A stretch of DNA of 13,294 bases from Rotaria sordida (lineage: Eukaryota), in NCBI GenBank assembly GCA_905250005.1, contig CAJNOH010000272.1, positions 95,610 to 108,903 of the forward strand. Reading direction: 5' to 3'. The translations under genes and the position numbers were made by a program. Shown in pieces: positions 1 through 10,120 of the stretch (positions are counted from its first letter, which is position 1; every line of letters starts with the position of its first letter). Below the pieces are notes generated by a model. The model saw only the letters and a list, made by a program, of their open reading frames with translations. It had not been told where the DNA came from and did not search any database.

Positions 1-300
1 CATCTCCTTCAAGACAAAAAAATAGTTGGCGTCGTAATTTTCGAAGTGCTACTGATCGAAAAAAGTAATGTTTTAGAAAAATAAGTAAGATGTTCGCCAA
101 ATGAAAACTTTCACAATATTTGATGTTTTTACGATTTATAAGTGAGTTGATAGAACTGAACAACGTCATTTGAAATATTAATGCTGGAGCCATTTGATAC
201 TAATTCGCGAGAGAGAGAGAGAAATAGAGAGAGAAACATGAAGACTATTAAGATTTGAAAAGGTTAGCGATGTCTTTCGTATGATGATTGGAACATTGAT
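1..300 (+). repeat. Dispersed repeat copy A (about 290 bp, direct orientation with copy B), contains (GA)n
   Basis: tctccttcaagacaaaaaaatag...cgtaattttcgaagtgctactgatcgaaaaaag...ttgatagaactgaacaacgtcatttgaaatattaatg...catttgatactaattcgcgagagag...gtatgatgattggaac aligns with 3161-3438 at roughly 70-75% identity by eye. Copy A is truncated by the window start. Confidence 0.7.
216..238 (+). repeat. (GA)n dinucleotide microsatellite
   Basis: gagagagagagagaaatagagagagaaac lies within repeat copy A. Confidence 0.9.
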
Positions 301-2743
301 GTCTCGACTTCATATTTTATTTAAAGATATCAGCTAAAAATGTCTGAGTAGACATGAAAAATTAACTATAAACAATCTGCTCTTCATATTATTTACATAT
401 AATTTTGTCAAAAACTACGATGATCAAGAGACGCAAATAAAAAAACCTGTGAATCTACTACGAACGAATTGAAGTACTGATTTAAATTGTTTTTCTGAAT
501 CTTTGAAGAGAAATCGATATTTTCTTCAACATCAAAAACAAAATTTTCAAAGAATGATCTCCTTTTTGTAGACTCTGTCGATCAAGAAGTTGTTGCGAAA
601 TAAAATTCGGACTCGGTATAGAAGAATCACATAAAGTAATATGAGGATTCTATGTGAAATATGTCTTGTCAAACTTTGACCAGTATTTCAGTCAAGTCTT
701 TTTGTTTTTATATATGTTTTTCATGTAAATCTACTCCGAATATTGTATTTGTTTCGTATGAAAACAAATTATTGATAAAAGAATAAGAAATACAAAGTCA
801 TACTTTATTACTATCAGATTCTTGGTTAAAATGAAGTAGAGCAGAAAGTCGCAACTCTAAATTTAAAAATTTAGATATATATTCAGATAGAGTTTTTTCA
901 TTTGACTTTTTATGTAAGCTCAAGAGGCTTATGGTAAAAAGGAAATGAAGAGATCTCCTGATAAAAGTCGATTTTTTTTCTCTAAAGTAAAAGTCAATTG
1001 TTTAATAGAGAAAGATGAGCTGAAGTCTCTTCCTTTCAAATACGTTTATCGAGTATTTGTATTAATTCAAGTCATCTTTTTTATAGCTACATTACGTTTT
1101 CTTTTTCAAATATTTACAACAGTATTTGGAAAAATCATCAAGTTTTTGTTCCAGATAATCTTGAATGAAATTCAGTTTTGTTTTACTAATAATTGAATAG
1201 CATTGTTCTGCAGTTTTCTTTAAATGCAACAAAGTGATAAATAAAGTTTTCCTTTATTAACTCGTATCATCACGCATTGTTCATTAGAAAATCACATGAA
1301 ACTTCTCTTCTTGAAACATAATTTTTTCATTTGAAGAATATGAACTAATTGTAGGTTTGATTTCTGTATCGAGAAAAAACAAAAACTATTTCATAATGCA
1401 ATATGCTCGATTAGAACTTGTGTTTGCTCTAAATGAATGGATGCGAAACTGAAAATTCTATGATGATACGAAAGTATCACTTTCAATTTAATATTATTCG
1501 AAACTGAATGTATTTTATAATGAAAAATCTATTGGATTTTATTGGATCTTGACGTCACCTATGACTCGATAGAAGTTTAATATTTTGTGTTAGAATGTTA
1601 ACTATATTTATTTCAGGAAAAGATCTAGCATCGTATAAATTTCAGCGAAATCTAATGAAGCATTTCGGTGAACTTTTTACTGAGGACTCAAAAATTAGTG
1701 GAAAGAATCGAAAATTTTTCCATTTTCAGTACTATACAAGGAATAATAACGACACGAGATATTGTCGCAGTTTTGACTTATGATCACTTTGTATAATCTG
1801 ATAGCCCTTGAAATCTTATTTTCCTATATATATATACATTTATTAGTTTGCACTTCTTTACCGAGTAGAACTAAAGAATCCTTTTTATCAATTTTGTTTT
1901 TACGAATTGTATTTTGAAATTAAAAAAACATTAGATTATGAAAACTTGAGTGGATTCAGAAATGAATTATGTATTGTAACAATCGCTAAAACTCTGTATC
2001 ATCATGTACTTCACTAGTCTCGACTTGCCTAATATTCGCTGTTAAAAATACGTATTATTCACGGTGTAACCCGAGTATTATATCTCCATGTTGTACTTCA
2101 TGAAGAAAGTTTGATATTCATTTTCAAGTAAAGTTAGAAATTGAGATTCAGTCATTAAAAGTATCTTTCAAATCGTTTACTCAATTGTTTTAACTTAATT
2201 GGAGAAATCTCTTAATCGATGAAAAGAGATGTATGAAAATTCAGACTATATAGCCATAATATCGAACTTTTATGATGAATACAAAATAGATTGGGTCAAT
2301 ATAGTTAGAAAATAGATTCGACATTGAAGTCATCTTTTGCTTGCTTGAGTGAACTTTTCGAACGTTCGTACACAAGTGCAGATTGTTATGTATATTTGAG
2401 AATTCAGATGCATGCATATGAAGGTGATTTATCAAAAAACAAAAAAAACACATGATCAGACATTGATTTTATTGAAGTTATCAGTGCACAAAGCGTATGC
2501 ATGATCCAACATTTTTCTTCAGTTTGCAAAATGCGTAAGAATGATTGATATTTACTATTTTCTTCAAAACAATGGCAAAGATTTAAAGTAAACGGTAAGA
2601 TCACGAAAAGTTTCATTTCCTAATTTTTCGAGATATTTCAACGATGTTAAAAACATGAATTCGAGAGTCTGATTCAAAAAATTCGATTTTATAAAACTTT
2701 TTCCTCGATATTCACTACTGAAAACGGAAATAGTATAACTCAC

Positions 2744-2878
2744 CAGATGCCGAATAAGAGTGCATTGTCGCATAACCGTCGAAACCATTGAAACTCATAT
2801 CATGATCTTCATCCTCCGATTCTGACCATTGTAACTCTTCTGTTTTCAATGAAAGCTCTTCTGGTGCAGATTTCCTCG
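2744..2878 (-). CDS. Internal coding exon of an unassigned minus-strand gene (or far-3' exon of the PARP4-like gene), acidic and Ser-rich
   Basis: The acceptor TTTGCTTTTAG|CG and donor TCTG|GTGAGT are both canonical. The translation (x)RKSAPEELSLKTEELQWSESEDEDHDMSFNGFDGYATMHSYSAS runs in phase 1 to phase 1 with no stop. The exon is part of the provided ORF 2715..2924. Confidence 0.45.
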
Positions 2879-3160
2879 CTAAAAGCAAATACAGAACATT
2901 TTGATCACAATTAGAAACAAACAATCACTGCACTTTTCGAAAAAAACCGAGTATCGAAATACTCTTGTCTCTACAATGACATTGAATTTTGTTGTTCACG
3001 AGGTAAATATTACAGTGAATATCTAGTACTATAATTATAAGTTTCTGAGTCACATCAAACTATTTCAGTTCATTCATAGATTAATATACGTATAAAAGAT
3101 TCTATAGTTAAGCATATAATAGATTGCTGATTTTTAGAAATCGTTCTTGTATACGGGTGT

Positions 3161-3438
3161 CTCTTCCAAGACAGAAAATAATTTCAATCGTAATTCTCAA
3201 AGTACTACTGATGCAAACACTTTTTTTTTTTGGAAAAATAACTAAGATTTTCACAAATAAAACTTTTCACGACATTACATATTTTTATGATTTATCAATG
3301 ACTTGATAGAACTGAACAAACTGATATAAAATATCAATGTTGAAATCGTTTGATACTGATACGACAGAGAAAAAAGAAGACGAGAAATAATGAAATTTGA
3401 AATACTCAGCACTGTCCTTTGTATGATGGTCGAAAATT
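3161..3438 (+). repeat. Dispersed repeat copy B, interrupted at its 3' side by the foldback element
   Basis: tctcttccaagacagaaaataat...cgtaattctcaaagtactactgatgcaaacac...ttgatagaactgaacaaactgatataaaatatcaatg...cgtttgatactgatacgacagagaaaaaag...gtatgatggtcgaaaattaac is homologous to 1-300. The homology appears to resume after 4089 (cgttctctcgtcaata versus tgtctcgacttcata). Confidence 0.7.
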
Positions 3439-4089
3439 AACTTTTCTAACTATGAAGGTATGTGTGTTGATAAGTGAAAAGATGGAACATATTCGGGTCA
3501 AATGAAAGCTCTCATCGCCAAACTAACAAGGCTAAAATATTAGCAATCCTTGGCTTGTCTAGAGGGAGATATTCGATTTTTACTGTATTTATAGTATATG
3601 TAGGATGTTCATAATTGAAAATTTCAGTGGGATTTATTTTTCTTTTTTCATGACGGTTGGATACAGCTCATCGAGTTGCATTAGAAAAACTATGTTTCAA
3701 ATTTTAAAAAGAGATTTTAAAAAATTTTAAACGAAGAGTCTAAGTTACTGTTATTTTCAAATATAAGGAAAAATAGATCCAAAATTCCGACCCCACGCAA
3801 AATTCTTTTTAAATCTCTTTTTAAAATTTGAAATATAGTTTTTCTAATGCAACTCGATGAGCTGTATCCAACCGTCATGAAAAAAGAAAAATAAATCTCA
3901 CTGAAATTTTCAATTGTGGACATCCTACATGTACTATAAATACAGTAAAAATCGAATATCTCCCTCTAGACAAGCCAAGGACTGCTAATATTTTAGCCTT
4001 GTTAGTTTGGCGATGAGAGCTTTCATTTGACCCGAATATGTGCCATCTTTTCACTTATCAACACATATACCTTCATTGTTAGAAACGTT
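3439..4089. mobile_element. 651-bp foldback / MITE-like element: about 279-bp inverted-repeat arms (3439-3717 and 3811-4089) around a 93-bp loop
   Basis: Direct comparison: aacttttctaactatgaaggtatgtgtgttgataagtgaaaagatgg...cagctcatcgagttgcattagaaaaactatgtttcaaattttaaaaagagattt is reverse-complemented at 3811-4089 with only a handful of mismatches. ORF 3717..3923 is an artefact of this palindrome. Confidence 0.85.
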
Positions 4090-5169
4090 CTCTCGTCAAT
4101 ACTAAATCAGTTTTGTTTTCTTCTCGATTTACAAGGTTCGTGTGCAATTTCATATGGTTATTTTTACTTTCCAATGATACGAATATTCAAAGTTTAGCTT
4201 TTCTTTTAAATTTTTCTCTTAATTAATTCGATCTACTTGTTAGATGACTCTTTTTAAATTAGTTTTTTTCAATATTCCAATATTTTAATCATTAACATCA
4301 GAATTAAGAACAAAGCTCTTTTATTTATCTTACTCTATAAACAATCGACTGAGTGTGTCAAAAATCAAGAAACGCATTACGGATATATTATGAAATTGTT
4401 AGGCTTTCTTTTTAGGGATCCAACATTATATAAATAATTCTAAGAGCTTTTATTCATTTGTATATTAGTACTTATTCGATATTCAGATATGGTTGACTCT
4501 TCTACAGTTTTGTGAATGCAATCTGGAAATGAATTCCTGACTTTACTTAGTTTTGAAATAAAAGATGAATCGCTCGTTTCATGATACATTATTCTATCAT
4601 ATCGAAACATTTTTTTTTTAAATTTTCCGACATTACAAAGAAAATTTAGACAAATGTTGGCATTGTTTCACACAAATTAGCTAAATACTAACTACAGACA
4701 GTAATTTTTCATTCCTTGTCAAAGATAAGAATAAACAAGGAAAGCAAAAATTTACGTTGAAAAGGTAAAGACGAGAACTATTTTGCTCTACTTTGTTTCA
4801 TCGTTTTCTATCCGTTGCTCAAGTATAACCGAACTGCAAATCAAAATAATCAGATTCTTTTGTTCATCGTTTTGATGGTGGCCAGTGTAATCTATTTTTC
4901 ATTTTGATCTAAATCATAGAATGGCTCTTTCTCAATTGAGATTTCCGACGTAGAATGATCGATTTCCACTTATGACTCTACTTACCATCATAGTCGATCA
5001 TTTGTTCACTACAAGAAAACGAACATCAAATTTTATTTCAAATATTTCCATCCTTTTCTTTTACGTACTCTTCATCACTTGTGATTCTTAAATTGTTAGA
5101 TTGACATCGTTGTTGTAATGCTTGTAGTTCTTCAGTCGTTGCACTAACCATTTCATTCTTGAGATCTAT

Positions 5170-5531
5170 TTATTTATCAAAGTTGGCATCTGTGAATGTT
5201 TGTCCTAGATTAAGAAACATACCATTTCGCATTTTGTCTTCGAGTTGATTGGCTTTTTCGTGTTCATTCAATGAATAACGATATGCACGTATAATGGTCA
5301 TCATCATATCAAATTTCGCATCACCTCCTGCTCGATAGGAGATTTTTTCACATAGTTTTTCAATGTCGGTAACCGATTCTTTTTTACTCTGAATCGATGC
5401 ATTTTGAAGTGAAATACGTGCATCAATCAATTTTTGTTTGATCAAAGTCAAACTGGATAGGTCACCATCCCATTGCATATATGGTAGTAAATCGACATCT
5501 CGATCAAGCATAACGTCAAGGAGACGAACAC
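5170..5531 (-). CDS. PARP4: PARP4-like exon 15 (C-terminal exon as modelled, stop TAA at 5170-5172)
   Basis: The acceptor is TTGTTATAG|GT after a 300-nt intron. The translation is (G)VRLLDVMLDRDVDLLPYMQWDGDLSSLTLIKQKLIDARISLQNASIQSKK...LNLGQTFTDANFDK*. The phase matches exon 14. An alternative 3' end is possible; see the finding 'Ambiguous 3' end of the PARP4-like gene'. Confidence 0.55.
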
Positions 5532-5831
5532 CTATAACAAAATGTACATGTTCAAATATTTTCTATCAATAGGAATACACATTGATGGAAAATGTGGTCA
5601 CATGTTTATTCAAGCATTACTGGATACTACGTCGAGCTCAGATTTAACTTTTTTTTAGAAAATAAACTGCATGATTAAACTAAATCAATTATTATCTACA
5701 ATCCGAACATAGATACTCCAGGCTCTTAAGCACATAGTATAAGAAGCATGTAGATAGGTTTTTACTTTTTTTGTTGTTCTCTTATTAATCAATTGATGAG
5801 TATATCCGTAAGATTTCAATATACTACTAAC

Positions 5832-6597
5832 CCGGTTGAAGAGTTTGTGTATCCATTTTGGTATCACGTTCTTCAATGGCAACAAAACTAGTATATGCAC
5901 TGACGACAGAATGTTTGATGCTTAAATCGATGAGATCTTGTTTATATTGAACTTTGAATAGTTCGTTTTCGCTCTCGTCTACATGTAATAGTCCATTGTC
6001 ATAATCATCAATAATCGCTCGAGCAGTTAAACAGTGTAGAATACGTCCTTTGGTTGTTGTCATCGGACTACTAAATACAGTCGTAACAAATTCTTGTCCA
6101 TCGATAGTAGCTGTCAATGTTGCCTTATGACAATTTTGTATGAATCGATAGACACTAAGTCGCATTCCGTTGAATAAAGATCGAATGATTTTTGGTGTTT
6201 GCATATTAAATTTTTGTTCTTTATCTAAACTACCATGCCAATCGATCGATATACTTGTAACACATGGCTGTCGAACATGTTCAAGAATATTTAACACTTT
6301 TGTTTTCCATCTTGATCGATAGTTTGAATCGAATATTGTTGTTAGACCACCTCCATTCGCTTCATTTGCTAACTGTTTCAAACCATGCTTGTTAGCAATA
6401 TTACCAATCGCACATGTAAATAGGCGATCACGACGCATAGTTGATCGATGTTGGAGTAAAGCAAGAATCGAATTGAGATCATGTATATGGCCATCGGATA
6501 AAAGAATGAATTGACGACCATAATTGGATGATGGTAACAGTGAATAACGATGAAGAACAGCAAATAGATCCGTATTACCACGATGAACAAGTGAATG
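5832..6597 (-). CDS. PARP4: PARP4-like exon 14 (vWA domain remainder and following region)
   Basis: The acceptor is TTCTAG|CAT. The translation HSLVHRGNTDLFAVLHRYSLLPSSNYGRQFILLSDGHIHDLNSILALLQHRSTMRRDRLFTCAIGN... shows vWA motifs GGT.l and ILLTDG. The donor is CCGG|GTTAGT in phase 1. The provided ORF 5827..6438 covers it. Confidence 0.75.
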
Positions 6598-6661
6598 CTA
6601 GAATATATCAACGAACATATGGTTCAATAGAAAAACATCACGTTCAAAATAAACTACTAAC

Positions 6662-6735
6662 GAGAACAAAATGTTTGGCTTTATCAAGATTCTCTTTTGT
6701 GGTTGGCGTTGCAATCGGAAAACATTCATCATTAT
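6662..6735 (-). CDS. PARP4: PARP4-like exon 13 (vWA domain, 74-nt micro-exon)
   Basis: It lies between a 56-nt and a 64-nt intron (acceptor CTATTTAG|AT, donor CTC|GTTAGT). The translation (D)NDECFPIATPTTKENLDKAKHFVL fits the vWA consensus (..lFP.s...t.eNl..A..fi..l). It restores the frame between exons 12 and 14. Confidence 0.65.
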
Positions 6736-6791
6736 CTAAATAGTTCAAATTTGAACAATAGAATAACAGTATAGACTATCATTGTTATTAC

Positions 6792-7677
6792 CTGATCCAA
6801 AAGTAACTATATTAAAATATGTATTTCCATCGTCAACTTTCAAATTTGTAAGAAACAAATGAGCTAATTGTTTAGCTTGTTGTACATGCGTACCATCCAT
6901 TGAATTTGATACATCGACAATAAATATAATTTCAACTTGTTCATTCGAATTCGTTAATGTTTCGAATCGTGGATAAAAAGTAAGCATACATGCTTGAGAA
7001 TCATAATTGTTTGATGTTGTTGTTGTTGTTGTTGTTCCACTGTCATCATTCAATGACAATGTTTCATTTAATATTCGAGGTAAATTAGCACTTTTAAGTG
7101 TTATCGAAAGAACAAAATCTCGATCAATTAAGACGTTATCGACAAGTTCGATCATGGCTATACAATCGGTTAATTTTCGACGAAGACGATGTGTTGGTGA
7201 AAATAATTTAATTATTTCATATGGCATTCGAATTGATGCTTTGAAACTAAATTCGACTTTTTCATCGACAATATCGATAGATCGTACAATTGATTGATCT
7301 TTGCTTTCGATTGCTTGTTTCGATTGCCATGAAGCCATTTTAGCTGGAAGACGAAAAATGATATCACCATTTTCGATTTCTAATTCGGCAACATAAGTTA
7401 TTTTAATAATGACTTCATTATTTGCTGGTAAATTACCAACAGCTACACTGAATACTTGAGCTTGTTCTTGATGCATCAAATATGCTCCATGACCCTTTTC
7501 AATTGCTTCTCGATATTCTTGTTTGGCTTGTTCTTTTTCTTTGACAACACCTTTAATAACTTTATTGTTAATATGTGCTTCAAAACCACATACAGTTGAA
7601 TTTTCATCAAGAGGAAATACATATTTAGCTTCAATCGGTGTTGAACTCGTATTATGATAGACTTGATAAAGAACAAC
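6792..7677 (-). CDS. PARP4: PARP4-like exon 12 (VIT domain and start of vWA domain with MIDAS DxSxS)
   Basis: The acceptor is TTTTTTAACAAAAAG|GTT. The 886-nt open frame translates to VVLYQVYHNTSSTPIEAKYVFPLDENSTVCGFEAHINNKVIKGVVKEKEQAKQEYREAIEKGHGAYLMHQEQAQVFSVAVGNLPANNEVIIKITYVAELE... (VIT/ITIH-like), continuing to ...VEIIFIVDVSNSMDG...GNTYFNIVTFGS (vWA MIDAS). The donor is CAG|GTAATA in phase 1. The provided ORF 6745..7479 covers most of it. Confidence 0.8.
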
Positions 7678-7740
7678 CTTTTTGTTAAAAAAGAAACATG
7701 ATGAATTAGTATAACTTTAATGAAACGATAGATATAATTA

Positions 7741-7871
7741 CTTCAACGGTAGCATCAACAATTTGAGCACGAATATGAAATGATTTAAGTGGAACGAGTT
7801 TTCCTGACGACGGGCATATTAAACCATAATCTTGTTCGGCTATTTCAATGACTTCATCATCGATTGTCAAT
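7741..7871 (-). CDS. PARP4: PARP4-like exon 11 (start of VIT domain)
   Basis: The acceptor is GTTCTAG|TC and the donor is GAA|GTAATT. The translation is (V)EVPLTIDDEVIEIAEQDYGLICPSSGKLVPLKSFHIRAQIVDATVE. Confidence 0.65.
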
Positions 7872-7944
7872 GGAACTTCGACTAGAACGTAACAGATAAG
7901 ATGATTGAATTTTTATTGTAACAAAAAGGATACATTATCATTAC

Positions 7945-8095
7945 CATGTTCACTCAATTTTAACGCATGTTGTTGATAGTGGACAATTGGTAATCGTTCT
8001 AATTTAACGTCGAGAGTATCGTTTGGTGCCCACGAAACTTCCACAATGTAGAGTAAACGTTGCTGATCAAGTTGATAGATTGCATATTCATTATC
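7945..8095 (-). CDS. PARP4: PARP4-like exon 10 (end of PARP catalytic domain with catalytic Glu)
   Basis: The acceptor is CAAAATAG|GAT and the donor is CATG|GTAATG. The translation DNEYAIYQLDQQRLLYIVEVSWAPNDTLDVKLERLPIVHYQQHALKLSEH matches the PARP C-terminal motif LLYNEYIVYD...YLLKLKF. The catalytic Glu of the H-Y-E triad is retained. Confidence 0.75.
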
Positions 8096-9375
8096 CTATT
8101 TTGATAAAAATTAGATTTTTCATTCTACGATTAGACATGTTGAGAAATAGTTTTGTTCTCAATATCGTGTCTTGAACTGGTTTCTAGTGAATTTACATTA
8201 GTATTTCAGATCTGTGGTAGCCATGGAAGAAAATTAACAAAGTTTTAGATGATCCACAAAACTCGAGACTCTCGATCTTACAATATGCCTATGCTCGAAT
8301 CCAATACGTATATATTTGATTGGTTCAAACTTTTTCGTTGAAATCAAATCCAGGACAATTCTAACATAGATCAGATATTGGATTTTTGTGATTGCACTCT
8401 AACTTTATTTTATTTAAAAGGAGTCAGGCTAATCGGAATCGATTCTACTCTTCACTGGAAGACGATGCTTTGATCAATTTTGTATTCTCGAATACAAGAA
8501 GAAAGTTGACACTCTTGTTTTTGAAAATGAAGTTCTGAATACAGTAGATGACCTGAAATCTTCGACTTTATTTTTAAATGAAACTATTTTACAATACATT
8601 TAGCGACGTTCACTGTAATCGCATAGAAAATGTTTTGATTGATTGTGTTTACACGATAACAACGTCATGAAACGAAGTAGAATACACAAGTAATTGTAGT
8701 ATTATTTTTTGTATGATGATGTGTCGCACAACTGTCGAAAGTACTTCGTATTTTCTACTTCTTGATCATTAAATAAATAACAGAAAACATTTATATCACA
8801 TTCTACATAATACTTAATGGACTATATTTTTATAAAAAGAAGGCATTGGTGAAAAATCACGTCTTATATTCAAATGTTTATTTGATTTCTATCTAATTGT
8901 AAAAAGAATTCAAGTTTCAAGTATACCATTAGAACGAACATTAAAGCTAGATCAATTTTATGGTACATTTTATAGTAGACAACAAAGTCTCCTTGATCTG
9001 TTCTACAAAATAATTGATATAAATGTAGAAATTCTTTAAAAATTGTTCTGATTCGAATTAGTTTAAATTAAGTACATTGTGTTTTGTTTAGCTTTAATAA
9101 CACACTTAAATATTGAAATTTTTAATAATTTGTTTTGCAATTAAATAAAAAGTCACATGAGTTCAAAAATACCTCTTATGAAAACGTAGCCTGTTAAATT
9201 CAACATCGAATGGTAAGTAAAAGAATTCTCAAAGATGAATTCAACGATCAAAACTATCAATGTGAACACTGTACAAGCTCTACCGAGAGACTTCAATATG
9301 AATGCCATTTTGTACAATCGAAATATGTGCTCTTTTTCAAGTGGTTGACATAGCAGAAGAACACTAAATACTTAC

Positions 9376-9661
9376 GGTAAACATTGAATGATTTTCTTCC
9401 GTCTGTTTAACTCCATGTGTACTATGAAAACCGTCGGGAGGTTTGATGAGAGTCGGTGAAAATGAATAATAATTAGCCGTTTCGCCTAGTGCTACTTGAC
9501 AGATGCACAACAATCGTCGACCTGGTCGTGTTGTGCTTGCTGTCGTATATTTTAGAGATGTAGAAGCAGAATCAGAAAAGTAAATTCCATAACCAAGACA
9601 ACCAATATCAGTGCGTACGATACCCAATTCTTCAACTACCATTTTTGGCATAGCTAAACCA
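9376..9661 (-). CDS. PARP4: PARP4-like exon 9 (PARP catalytic core, catalytic Tyr)
   Basis: It follows a 57-nt intron (GTAAAAT...ATTCAG) and ends at the donor ACC|GTAAGT. The translation RGLAMPKMVVEELGIVRTDIGCLGYGIYFSDSASTSLKYT...RLLCICQVALGETANYYSF...HGVKQTEENHSMFT matches PARP GKGIYFAD...SKSANYC and ...LLLGEVALG. Confidence 0.8.
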
Positions 9662-9718
9662 CTGAATATATATAGTCATACAATAAATATTTTCTAGAGA
9701 ATAAAATGAATATTTTAC

Positions 9719-9856
9719 CGTGAAAGAATTCCAAGAAAGTTAGCATATTTCGATCCATGAAATAATTGCTGTTGATGGGATAGTGATGTACAATAATTGA
9801 GTGCATCTGTCTGTTTGGCCACACTGAATACATGATGAATAATAATTTGTTCACCA
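9719..9856 (-). CDS. PARP4: PARP4-like exon 8 (PARP catalytic domain, H-G-S motif)
   Basis: The acceptor is TTCACTAG|T and the donor is CACG|GTAAAA. The translation (N)GEQIIIHHVFSVAKQTDALNYCTSLSHQQQLFHGSKYANFLGILSR matches the PARP signature around the catalytic His (LWHGSR..AGILSQG). Confidence 0.8.
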
Positions 9857-9911
9857 CTAGTGAACAAAAATAAAGTTATCATTTATGAAATTAAATTTCA
9901 ATTCTTTTCAC

Positions 9912-10072
9912 TTGTCAGTCGATGATTGAATGAACTTGGCAACATTCTTAAATGCGGGTGTTGAACTATCTAATGTTTCAATATGACATTTCAATGCTCG
10001 ATATTTGGCTTCGATCGGTGCTTTAACATTCCAATTAGTCAGTTCGTTGACTGTAAGCATATCTCGAAGCAT
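9912..10072 (-). CDS. PARP4: PARP4-like exon 7
   Basis: The acceptor is TCCTTCAG|ATG and the donor is GACAA|GTGAAA (phase 2). The translation is MLRDMLTVNELTNWNVKAPIEAKYRALKCHIETLDSSTPAFKNVAKFIQSSTD. Confidence 0.6.
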
Positions 10073-10120
10073 CTGAAGGAGCAAAAGATCAAGTGAGATA
10101 GTTAAAAGAAATAGACGTAC

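Noticed and set aside
945-1196. 83-aa plus-strand ORF (and 1595..1783, 3124..3306)
   Set aside because: They are low-complexity, F/I/L/K-rich translations typical of AT-rich non-coding DNA. No recognisable motifs were seen, and 3124..3306 overlaps repeat copy B. They are kept only as very weak candidates.
3717-3923. 68-aa minus-strand ORF
   Set aside because: It lies entirely inside the foldback element, spanning the loop and both arm ends. It is a palindrome artefact with no coding signal.
4943-4965. 23-nt candidate micro-exon with perfect acceptor (TTCTTGTAG|) and donor (|GTAAGTAG) on the minus strand
   Set aside because: I could not link it in frame to upstream or downstream exons. It may be a chance splice-site pair in AT-rich sequence.
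6528-7297. Plus-strand ORFs 6528..6743 and 7007..7297
   Set aside because: They are antisense to, or overlap, well-supported PARP4-like exons and introns on the minus strand. They are low-complexity translations with no domain signal.
8200-8310. tRNA-like fragments (tgtGGTAGcc and gcTCGAATCC, T-loop-like)
   Set aside because: The two motifs are about 85 nt apart with no acceptor-stem complementarity. This does not fit a tRNA cloverleaf, and I could not substantiate a SINE remnant at best.
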